Below are positions 1-11,221 of a DNA stretch of 64,000 nt, one piece after another. The notes under the pieces were generated by a model. That model had not been told where the DNA came from and did no database searches. It saw only the letters and a program-made list of their open reading frames with translations. The stretch's first letter is position 1. Each line of letters begins with the position of its first letter. A program made the position numbers and the translations under genes. The DNA comes from Tubiluchus corallicola (taxonomy: Eukaryota; Animalia; Priapulida). Location of the stretch: NCBI GenBank assembly GCA_030141605.1, contig JAQGDQ010000283.1:186001-250000 (forward strand), in the 5' to 3' direction.

Positions 1-278
1 TGACACTGAAACTTTTTCTCGAAAAAAGTTAAACTGATTTAGTTAAATGTTAAAATAGTTTTGTAGGAACAGCACTTTTTACCTACTTTGATTTTGTTGA
101 TCACAATTGTTTTACGTACAAAATGAGATTTTTAGAGAGGCTGTTTGGATGTGGCGACATTTTTTAGTTTTGTTCAGTAAATCAGAATTTACTGATCTTT
201 TTGAAAAGGTATACTGTGAGACCATAATGTGTTAAAATCATGAGACTCACGGAAAAACTGTGAGAGTTGAGAGGTCTC
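1..278. mobile_element. Right part of a non-autonomous DNA transposon (MITE-like) in the MMP last intron; second copy at about 14451-15123
   Basis: Sequence 1-278 aligns by eye with about 14796-15123 (cactgaaactttttc..., gaggctgyttggatgtggc..., gtgagagttgagaggtct end). Confidence 0.7.
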
Positions 279-358
279 CTTAATGACCAATGACTAAAAT
301 TAACGTTTGTGATTCTGTTTTATCATTAATGACAGGCTAAATCAAATTTTTACTTTAG

Positions 359-454
359 GGTGATCAATATTATCGCTACAACGATAAGGATTTTGAAATT
401 GACACAGGATATCCACGTGACACTGCACCTATCTGGTTTGGCTGTACTCCGTGA
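359..454 (+). CDS. Terminal coding exon of a matrix metalloproteinase (C-terminal hemopexin repeat); rest of gene lies upstream of the window
   Basis: After acceptor tttactttag (ends 358) the sequence reads GDQYYRYNDKDFEIDTGYPRDTAPIWFGCTP*, matching the last hemopexin blade of MMPs (YYRF/Y...GYPR...WFGC). No TM or GPI tail follows. AATAAA near 777 and 1080 downstream. Confidence 0.85.
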   Translation, partial: GDQYYRYNDKDFEIDTGYPRDTAPIWFGCTP

Positions 455-1610
455 GACTTCAAGAGCATACACAGTACCTCAAATTATGCTTTATGTTATG
501 TAGTCCACATGTACTTATTTGTATTGCATATTTATGTTTCTCTGAAAGTTAAAAATCAATAAAATAGCTGCAACGGTCACTGAAAACTTAATTCTTTAAT
601 TGTACATGAGCACTCGAGTAAAGTTCATCTCGAGTAGGTTTCGGTATTGTCCTTATGCCATCCTCAGCACAACAATGTTTAAGCCCTAATGCAGAATTTA
701 ATGGTAGTTTTTAAGGTTTAAACATTTAGGTCAATGCCGAAATGTACAGTTGATTTCCACTCGTTTGCTTATGGACAATAAAAGAATCATGTTTTCAGTG
801 ACTGTTGCAGCTATTTTCTTTAAGTTAAGAGTTCCGAGTGATAGATCTATTGCTAAAGTTAAAAGAATCACGTGGTGCAGTATTTTGTATTTAATCTCTC
901 ACCAAACAATTGCACAGGCTTTTACTGTCAGCAGACAGACTTTAATAACTTTTGGAAATCATCTTATTGTAGCTTAAACTTTAGTTTGTATCTGTCTTGA
1001 AAGGGTATTCAGGTGAAAAACTGTGAAAAGTGTATTGTACTTTTTACTCAAAATGAGTGACTGCTATTTGAATAATGTAAATAAACAATATTACACCTCT
1101 TATTTAATGTTTAGTTTTCAAGCAAGACATCAGACATCCATCAGAGTCAGTAGGCACATTTCCAGTATACAATTTATTAGGTACACAGTGACTTCAGGCA
1201 TAAATCAAAGATATAAAAAATGCGATGCACTAACACACTTAAGTGTTCAAAATATCAGTAATATTTCAGAACCACAAATGCATGCATAAATAAGCTTTTC
1301 CAGACATTAACTAAAATACTGAACAACTTTTATCGATTTTTTGAATTTCATCTGGACATCCAGGAGATTACCAAAATTTTTAATGAATAAAACACCTACA
1401 GAATGCTGTTATGTCTGTTTTCATGATTATATATCGCTAACAGGAATGCTTCATTTTCTGATCCCCATTACAGGCAACTTGTAATTCACACCATTTATCT
1501 TGTTTTTTTGAGAGAGAGAAAAGTTGCAAAAGTAAGATTTTAAAAAAAGTGACAAAAGATTTCAAAATTTTGTGACCAAACTAGTACTAAGAATATTATG
1601 ATACAAAAGA

Positions 1611-4600
1611 CTAGCGTGTAGCAATTACTATATCATCGATCTTCAATACACTCCGAACAGTTTCTGTAGCAAGGGTTAAAGCGCTGACAGATACTAACAG
1701 AGGCTGGACAACATTCTCCTCTAAAATGTTTGTAACTGCCCCTTTCCGTACATTGATGCCAGTGTTGATCTCACCCAGTGCATGTCGGTTGCGTAAATCG
1801 GTCACGGTAGCTATCGGATTTAATCCTGCATTTTCTGCCAGTGTTATGGGAATGACTTCCAAGGCTTCGGCGAATGCTCGGAAGCAGTACGCCTCTTGAC
1901 CGGTCAACGTCTGGGCATGCTCTGCCAGCCGTAAGGACAATTCGATTTCTGGTGCACCACCGCCAGCTATAAGTGCTTTCCTTTTTACCAAGCACCGAAT
2001 GACGCACAGTGCATCATGCAGCGATCGGTCAGCTTCTTCTAGAACCAATTTATTGGATCCACGAATAAATACACAGACTGTCTTCCCTGCCCCTTGAGCA
2101 CCTGTTACTTTCACCAGTTTTCCAGTTCCTGTTGCTATCTCCTCTACAACATCAGCAGTTGCTAGCATGTCAGTAGTGAAGTGATCCAAGCTAGCGATTG
2201 GCTTGCATGCCAAAGCTTTACAGATGAATTCGATGTCCTCCCTCTCGATGTCTTTTACGACCATTATCTTCATTTTGTTGAGGAAGTGGAGTGCCAAGTC
2301 ATTTAGTGCATCACGGAGAATAGACTTCTGAATTAGCAGGACATTGCAGCCAGTTTTCTTGATTTGTTTGATGATGTTGAGGATGTAAGCCCTCTCCTCG
2401 CGCAGAACCCTATCCATTTGACTGTAGTCTGACAAAATCACCTACATAAAATGTTGTCTTTAACGGTTTAGAATTTATGCGACATTGACGTTCATTCACA
2501 GAAAGAATATAGTCGTTTTTAATACTTGGCCAATAAGTTAGCATGCGTCAACTAAAAATTACAAAAATTTTCAGGATGCTAAAAACTAACACCAAAGGCT
2601 TCACATAAAGCTTTTGTATTTTTTATGCATATACTCTTTTAATGAGAGTGAACAATTCAAAGCAGTGCAAGGCAAAGCAATAATCTGCTCAGTGAACTCG
2701 CACTGCATGAATTTACCTGGTGAAGCCAGTCTCAGATATGGTAAATAACTTAAGTACTCACCTGATTTTCCATATCAGTTTTCGGTGGCGAAATACAAAA
2801 CTGGATGAGACCAACTTTTGCTTTTTCAACTTTTTGCACACCAGAACTGACCGCTTTCTGTGTGAAAACCATGCCATCAACTAGCTCTGTATCCTCGATT
2901 GTGCCGCCAAGTTTTTTTATTATCTGTAATTTAAAGTATACACAATTTTTAGTATGTTTAATAATATATAATTTTACTGTTTGCAATTTTGTTACTTTTA
3001 TTAGATGAATAGAATCTTCTGCATTTAGTAAGACAAATGCTGATGCATATAGCTGCTGCACACCATCATTGGCTAATTTGTGTGACTTAACCACACATCC
3101 TAAGTAGCATCTGTATGAATAGCAGTACAGGCTATTAAAATGCTTTTTAAGTGCCACTAATAAACCACATTCTCTTTATTTGTAAAGAGCACAAAATGCT
3201 AGCTAAAATGCTAAAAAGCATACCACATTATGATCAGCATCCATGCTAACATATGATACACCTTTCATGTGATGTGATACATACAGTGCAGAAAAACTGA
3301 CTGTCAAGTTGTAAAGAGCTTGACTGAGTTCAGAAATCCATTATTACACAATGACTACTATATTTCATTTATTTTAAATTGATCATTTTAGTATCGAAAC
3401 AAAACACTAAAAACTAAATAAGTCTATATCTGGAATTCAACCTACTATTTCACAACGGCACTAAAAATAACAATAAAGCTAAATTTCTATGCAGGCTGTC
3501 TTCATGGCATTACAACTACAAGAATTTTTTTGTTTTGAATTTTCAATGCTCAATTTTTAAAGCAAATCGGATGTGATAAGGCTCTTCGAGATGTGATATG
3601 CCAGGGATAACAATACATGATGGCACAATCATAGTGAAATGAAGCAATTCAATTCTACTATAAGATGGGGCAAACATCCCAACACAAGAGACAATGCAAA
3701 TAATGACATAAGAACAGAAAAAAATGGAAAATCACAGGAAAATAATCCATCAAAAAATACACACGATTTCAGCAAAAAGTAGGTTAAGTGATTACCTTTA
3801 TATCATTTAAATCCACATTTTGTGCTTTTGCTGGATCAATGACCTTCATGACAGCATCTACAGCAAGTGGTGCTAACATGCTGGAGTACTGTGAAACCAC
3901 CTACAAAATTAATTGTGGGCAAGCTGATATTGGCACTGATATTAGTACTCAATAAATGACCTAAATAACTTTTCTAATGATGTTTTTAAGGGAATAATGA
4001 AATGTAAGCAGTTGCATGATACTTACTTTGAACAGCTCTTGTTGTATGAAAACTGTTGAATTTTGATGAAATTTAATTAAAAGTGCATAACTGGAGTTAC
4101 TTTGTATTTGCTCACCCATATTTTGACAAGAAAGGTATTAAATACATTGCAATATTCAGTATCAAAATGCCGATAAACCAAATACACATATTAAAAGCAA
4201 AAAAAAGGTAAGGAGTTTTATATTACACTTTTATTGTTTTTAAATTAATTAGGGCAAAAGCTACATTTCTGGTATCTTTTAGTTTAGCCTACAATTTTTG
4301 TAAGAAACATGAATTACAAAAAATATTCATATTATGAATCACTGTAACGTAGTTTAGACATCACTTATCAAAAGCAATGTGTACCTTGGAATTCAGAGCA
4401 GTAGTGGCCGATTTTAACAGCGACTCCCTGTCACTTAATTCAACCGGTTTTGCCATGGATGCCAAGATTTCCACACCTTTCGCAGCTGCGTGCTGAAACG
4501 AATCTGAGATTTGAGTCGGATGAATTCCCTTTGCCAAAAGCTTTGATGCAGCATCAAGAAGACTACCTATAAATATTTAAAATATTTTAGGGAGCATTAC

Positions 4601-5807
4601 TCACAATTCATACTTGTTCAAATAAATTAGTGATCTCAAAAAATAAGTAGTGAAAAAAAGTTACATTTTACTCCCCCTTCCAAGTCTGAATTCACTTCAT
4701 GTGTAGAAAATGATACAGAAATTTTTTGTTATTTAACAATGACACCTCAAATCACATAAATATTTATGCACACTGTTCATGATGTTAAAAGGTCTATTAT
4801 TACCAATCTCTGTAGTGTTAATTATAAATGTCGATATTGATACTCCGCATCAGTCTGCACAATGGCACAGCTGAATGGTCACAATTAGTGACAATCATTG
4901 AGCATAGTCGCTAAAAAGGTGGGTGACCATACTGTTCAAACTATTTACCTCACTAATCAAAGACACAGAGGCAATCGAATGCGGCCAAAACACATTTGTC
5001 TCCATTCGGTTGCCTGACCTAAAAGAATTACCCTTGATAACAAAATAGGTTCCAGTCATTCACAACCATCCACTTAAATAAACCTAGTGGTTACGTGCTG
5101 GATACCAGCCTGTAACGTAATAAACTGGGAAAAAACATAAACATGAATGCACAACTCAGAGCTGTGTTAAATGCATACCGGCAATAACAACTACGGTAGT
5201 AGTCCCATCCCCTGCTTCAACATCTTGTGCCTTGGACAGCTCTACAAGCATGCGTGCTGCTGGATGTTGCACTTGCATCTGTTTGAGAATTGTCGCACCA
5301 TCATTCGTGATCGTAACATCGCCTGAGTAGAAACAGTTGCATTAAAACAATAGCTAAAGGGTTCAAGCAAAAAATAAGTTAAGTACAATATGAAGAAATT
5401 GGAAATAGTACTGACAACATAATGTGCTCATTGTTTACAGTTAACAAGTAATTCTATTCAAAACAAAATGAATATAACACACAATGTATCGACATATTTA
5501 TAGGGCCACAAACTGATACAAAAAATGAGTGCCCCATCATCATTATCGAATATTTTGGAAAGTTAGTATACAAATAAATCAAAAGTTGTTTATCATTTAA
5601 ACAGCTTAGGCACTTTTTTTTCCATATACCTGTTCCTGACTGTATCATTTTATCCATCCCCTTTGGCCCAAGACTAGTTCGAATGGAATCTGCTACGGCT
5701 TTTGCTGCTGTAATGTTGCTATTTCGTATTGCCACAGGTTTTTCACGATCCTTATATGCTACAGATTTGCTGCGGTTACTCCCATTTCCTTCGCCTTGCT
5801 TCGACAT
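1611..5807 (-). CDS. CCT4: T-complex protein 1 subunit delta (CCT4), 6 coding exons, 533 aa
   Basis: Exons (minus): 5630-5807, 5179-5322, 4385-4566, 3796-3900, 2762-2923, 1611-2441; all GT-AG; total 1602 nt in frame. Motifs [56 protein letters not shown] are typical of CCT delta. Confidence 0.96.
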
Positions 5808-6442
5808 TTTGCACTTTAGAAATGCTGGCATAAAAATATGCAAAAATTTACATAAATAGAATGGTCAGGATTGTATAAAACTGAAATTACAATTTCGGTC
5901 CATACTTTAAAACAATTATTCCCATGATATATTTGTCATCTTATTTTAGTAATAATGTAAACAAAATATATACACTTCACGGTGTGCAGCGCACCCTGGA
6001 GAGACAATCACCAAGGATGCTACACACGTGCGAGTCTAAAAACTTCCCAACACTTTAACGCTTCCCTGTGAGCAGCCCGGTTGGTCAAGAAGCACATAAG
6101 CTGAGTAGCTGCTTCCTTGTGATTTTAATTATTGTTGATGTTGGCCTCCAGTCTTGATTGGTTGTTAGATTTGGTATTAGGCTTCGTTGATACGTTGTTG
6201 TCAGTTTTTGCTAACTACTAGTGTCTCATTATGCTTTGCGATTATTTGTGTGCTTTCGTCATTGTCGCGCTAACTTGCTTCTGACCTGTTTTAGTCGCTT
6301 ATCTTAAATATATAGCCGAGTAGTATTTCGCTATTTTGGTTTTTTGCGATGTGACTTGGTTTTGGGTATAAATTGCAGTTTTTTCATCGCCTTTTCACTA
6401 TTAGGTATTGTGTTTATTTTTATACCTTATCCAAAGAAATAA

Positions 6443-6665
6443 GGACCTAGATGGTAACTATCTATAAAAGGTCCTCTCTTATATGCCTTTTGAAACGGTC
6501 AACTAATGAAGCACTGACGGTTGATGATGAAAGATGATTCCATCTTGGGCCACACGATGGGCCAAATATGGTTGAGCCACACGATGCCCAAAGAAATGTG
6601 ATCTGATGTTGGTTCTAGCTGGTTGTACAAATAACAGAGTCATGGTCACGAAGAACTCTGTGAGG
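6443..6665 (-). mobile_element. CR1-like LINE 3' fragment (copy A)
   Basis: Minus strand encodes a decayed ORF2 C-terminus (LFVQPARTNIRSHFFGHRV...WNHLSSSTVSASLVDRFKR); homologous to 7449-7663. Confidence 0.7.
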
Positions 6666-6899
6666 CCTGGAAAACTGCCATTTAAATGAAAAGGGAAGAG
6701 ATCAAAAGACCCCTTGGTCTCTCCCTGTCCTGTCCCATGATTGCAATTACCTAATATTATACTAACATTGTTGCTGTGATTCTACAAAAAATAAAATATT
6801 TTATGTATAAAAGGCCTTCAAGCACTCGCCCACTACCCGGTATTAGACGGAAAACATAAATTAATGAAGATTTTAGTAATACCAAACGCCACATAGAAG

Positions 6900-7300
6900 A
6901 CACTATGGGTTTTCGTAAAATTCACCTTAGTTCAGCGTGGATGCTCACGGATTCCTCTTATAAGAAAACAAGAAAAATCAAAACCTCCTCGGCGCAAACA
7001 CGCTGCTAGCAAACGTGGTAGTCTTCGTCAAAATCTTTGTGTCAACAATTCGGCAAAGAGACACCTTCAGCGAAAAATGTAAACTAAATCACACATTGTA
7101 TTTGCAGTCAATACAGTACTGGCAGCACTGCGCACGAAGTAGTTGTTATGTCGCGTTTCGTGTGTTTTAAAAGTTATGTGATTTGATGTTAGTGCTTTGC
7201 AAGTTTTTGTTTTAATACAAAAAGTTGTGTAAGAATAGTACTACAGTATCCACACTGAACTGTAGTTGAAATCATTGCCCATGTGCAAAACAAGGTAGGC
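6900..7300. promoter_or_regulatory. Putative bidirectional promoter / non-coding first exons of CCT4 (-) and the Ack-like gene (+)
   Basis: Locally CpG-richer stretch between divergent genes. Minus-strand donor AAG|GTGAAT (exon end 6926) and plus-strand donor AAG|GTAGGC (exon end 7294) face outward; both genes have an acceptor just before the start region (5814-5815; 17187-17188). Inferred, no transcript data. Confidence 0.4.
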
Positions 7301-7448
7301 TGTTTTTTTTAAATATTGAACGCATCTTATAGAATTAATAATTATAAGACTTGCTTTACGGGTAACTGAAAACATGAGTAGCCTAGCTATAACCAGCGAA
7401 AGACGATAACAACGTCCAGAGAATGGAATTTTCCTAGACCACCTTATA

Positions 7449-7663
7449 GGACCTAGATGGTAACAAATTAACTAACCGTATTGTAACTATCTGTAGCATC
7501 CTATCTCAAGTACCTTTTGAAACTGTCAACTGATGAAGCACTGGTGGTTGATGATGGAAGACAATTACATGGTTGAACTACAAGATATCCAAAGGAGTGA
7601 GATCTGATGTTTGTTCTAGCTTGGTACACAAATAACTTAGACTCATGACAAAGAAGAACTCTG
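7449..7663 (-). mobile_element. CR1-like LINE 3' fragment (copy B)
   Basis: Minus strand reads ...NCLPSSTTSASSVDSFKR; same ggacctagatggtaac terminus as copy A. Confidence 0.7.
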
Positions 7664-8074
7664 GGATAGTTGAATTATGGTTATTAAAAAGGTCAATTTC
7701 ATTTGCAGAAAATTAGTGTCTCTCTGACAGAAATTAGTACTTTATATCCTACATTTCAATGAACTGTGTCAGCAAATGGAGTGTAATATCCAGGAATTGA
7801 AATCCTTTCGATTAACTTGAAAATATTTCGGTTTTACCTCTGCTACGGAGATTACATGTAATTATTCAAACTTGTTACTTAACAAATTTCATTAAAAAAC
7901 ATAACATTGAACACATTGAATACATTGCAGTCAAGCATGTACGTGTCACTTTTGCTGATATGTGCTTTCATGTAAGCAAAATCATAAAACAGTTGTGAAA
8001 TATAATTGTTTCGAATTTCTGTTTTCTGCCATTTGTTTAGACTCTAAATCTTATTTAATTAGAGTCTGAAAAAG

Positions 8075-8152
8075 TTTTGCTTTTCCACTGGACTTACACC
8101 ATACCTTTTGCTATCTGGGCAGCTATGCTAACCACTACCCCACAGAGACACT
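8075..8152 (-). repeat. Degenerate tRNA-derived (SINE-head-like) sequence
   Basis: Minus strand GTCTCTGTGGGGTAGTGGTTAGCATAGCTGCC...GGTGTAAGTCC: A-box-like TGGGGTAGTGG and decayed B-box; no intact cloverleaf. Confidence 0.35.
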
Positions 8153-8439
8153 CTATGTTTCAGATATATTATGCTACCTTTTTAAACAGTTTAGATAAAT
8201 GATTGCTACAGATCATGTAGTTGAAACGGGAAATTCAAAATGTCTAATTTTAATGACATTATCAGTTAAAAACCTCCAACTCTTAATTTTGTGTATACAA
8301 ATTACACTATGTTTGTAATATAAAAGCTCATAAGAGGGCAGGCACATTCGAAATATATAACTGACTAATCATCTGTTACTTTTGGTCTATTTCGTGCCTT
8401 TTATATGACCGTAAGAAGTCCAGTTTGGAAATCTTAGAC

Positions 8440-11221
8440 ATGCTCTTGATAATGTCCAGGTTGAGACATTTTTAGAGAAACTTGTCTGAACTTGAAAGCA
8501 CAGTCAAAGTTGTAAATGCGGAACACAAAAAATTATATATTATGCGTGATCTAAACATTGATCTTCTGAAATGTGATAGTCATAAATTTACAGCTCAATA
8601 TATTGATATGTTAATTTCGCAGTTTTGTTACCCTTTAATTACAAGACCAACCAGAGTCAAATCAAAAACTTTAATTGATCACATCTATAGTAATTGTATA
8701 AACACTGAAATTAATTCTGGTATATGCCTTTATAATATTAGTGATCATTTGCCAATTTTTGCAACAGTAAATATATTAGCGTAACTAGAGATAAAAATTG
8801 CAAAATTCATAAACGTAATTTCAAAAATTTTAATAAACAACACTTTATAGATGACATAGAGACTAGCTTCTTAAATTTTGAACAATATCTTACTTGTAAT
8901 AGTCCAACAGAATATTATAAGTATTTTTTAAATACATTAATTTCTACTATAGATAAACATGCACCATTAAGAATGCTTTCAAAAAAAGAATGCAAATTAT
9001 TAGAAAAACCTTGGATTACCAGAGGAATACTTGTTAGTGTTAGGAAAAAACAAAAAATGTATGTCACATTATTTAAATCTAATGATGTGAATAAGCAAAA
9101 TAAATATAAAACATATGCCAATATCCTGAATAAATTAAAATCCTGAATTATCCTGAATAAAAGCAAAGAACTATATTATATTAAGAAATTTCAGTCAGCT
9201 AATAAAGATATTAAATCAATGTGGAAAATAGTCAATGAACTAGTAAAACTAAAAGCCCAAAAGAATTGTCCTACTAAATTAGTTATTAATAATGAGCAAA
9301 TAACCCAACCCCGGTTAATGGCTGATAAATTTAATAAGTTTTTTGTTGAAGTTGGATCAACATTGGCAAAAAATATTCCAAATATTAATAAGCATCATCT
9401 TTCGTATTTAACTGGTAATCTCGCTAATGAATTTAGATTTGAACCTACTAATGAAGTAGAAGTGCTTTCATTATTAACAGGACTTAATGGTAACAAAGCC
9501 CCTGGTGCAGATGGTGTCAGTAATTTTTTTGTTAAAATTGCTAGTTCCGTCATTTCCAAGCCACTAACTTTTATATATAATCAATCATTTAATACTGGTA
9601 TTTTTCCTGAACAGCTTAAACTCACTAAAGTAACTCCTGTTTATAAATCAAATAGTAAAACTAAGTTATCTAATTATCGACCAATTTCACTATTAAGTGT
9701 TTTTTCTAAAATACTTGAAAAAATCACATTTATTCAACTGTCCTCTTTTCTTCTACAAAACAAAGTTTTATATGACTATCAATTCAGTTTTCGAAAGTCG
9801 CATTCAACAGCATTAGCATTAATTGAAATAACTAGTAAAATTGCAGAGGCGCTTGATAATGATCAGTATGTCTGTGGTCTGTTTATAGATTTATCAAAGG
9901 CATTTGATACGGTAAATCATTGTATTCTTCTAGACAAATTGCATTATTATGGTATAAGACATTCAGCTCAATCATGGTTCAAAAGTTATCTTTGTGATTG
10001 TCTCCAGTATGTCGAACTAAATGGATGTAAATCCAATACACTTCCAATTAAGCATCGTGTTCCCCAAGGTTCTACTCTAGGACCACTTTTATTTCTTCTA
10101 TATATAAATGAATGCCACTAAGTTGCCCAAATTTAATCTTCAGACTTTTTGCAGATGATACAAATATTTTTTTAAGTGATTCAAATATAGATAACTTGGA
10201 GAGTGTTATGAATACCCAGTTAAATAAAGTAACAGAATGGCTGAATGTAAATAAGCTCTCATTGAATATTAATAAATCTAACTTCATACTCCTAAAAAAG
10301 AAAAGGAGAACACCATCAAGAAATATAACCATAGTTCTTAGTAATGTTATTGTTGAAAAAAAGTCACATGTTAAATATTTGGGAATATTTCTTGATGAGC
10401 ACTTAGGCTGGAAGTACCAAATAAGTATAATAAAGCATAAATTGAGTAAAACCTTGGGAAGCATCTATAAATTACGCAAGTTTGTTATTAGAGAAACATT
10501 GATGAAAATCTATTACAGTTTAGTCTACCCATATCTAATATATGGCGTCATGTCTTGGGGTGGTGTATATAAAAGTAATCTGGAAGCTTTACAAATTACC
10601 CAGAACAAAATTCTCAAACTAGTATATCATGTAAGCTATGACCATCCCACAAATATAATTTATTTGTCTGTTAAAACTCTTAAAGTGAAAGAAATATATG
10701 ACATGTATTGTCTTCATTTCATGTATCAGTATCATAATTCACTACTTCCACCAGCTTTTCAGTCTTACTTTAGTCCAGTTTCAAATCAACATGATCATTA
10801 TACAAGATATTCAGTCGAAAACTATGTACTCCCCCTTCCAAAAACAAATATTATGAAACAGTCATCAAAATATAATGCTATTAAAATATGGTCATCAATT
10901 CCACGTGAAATGAAAACTCTTAATCTTGATCAATTTAAAAAAGCATCAAAGAATTACCTACTACAATGGTATAATTAACTCGCAATTTTACTCATCCTGA
11001 TCTTAAGTTACTAACAAAACTTATTTTGTACTAATGTATACTATAACTGATGAAAATGTAATGTTAATTGTCAATTGTTTCACTTATCTGGAGGAGGACT
11101 CGAAAGCTCAATGCTCCTTCCCCCTCCTCACAGTAACTCGCATAGTTTATTTTTTTCAGTGTTAGATCAATTTATATGTATGTTTGTGTTGCTGTGGAAT
11201 AAATTCATAATTCATAATTCA
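8440..11221 (+). mobile_element. 5'-truncated non-LTR retrotransposon (L2/Crack-like), APE endonuclease plus reverse transcriptase, disrupted
   Basis: ORFs 8482-8784 (DLNIDLL, TLIDHIY, ISDHLPIF = APE end), linker HAPLR/KPWIT, 9219-10121 (NYRPISLL, DLSKAFDTV, VPQGSTLGPLLF), 10112-10978 (LFADDT, KYLGIFLD, IWSSIP). Lesions near 8782, 9145 and 10112. 3' UTR with AATAAA (11198-11203) and (TTCATAA)n tail. Confidence 0.93.
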
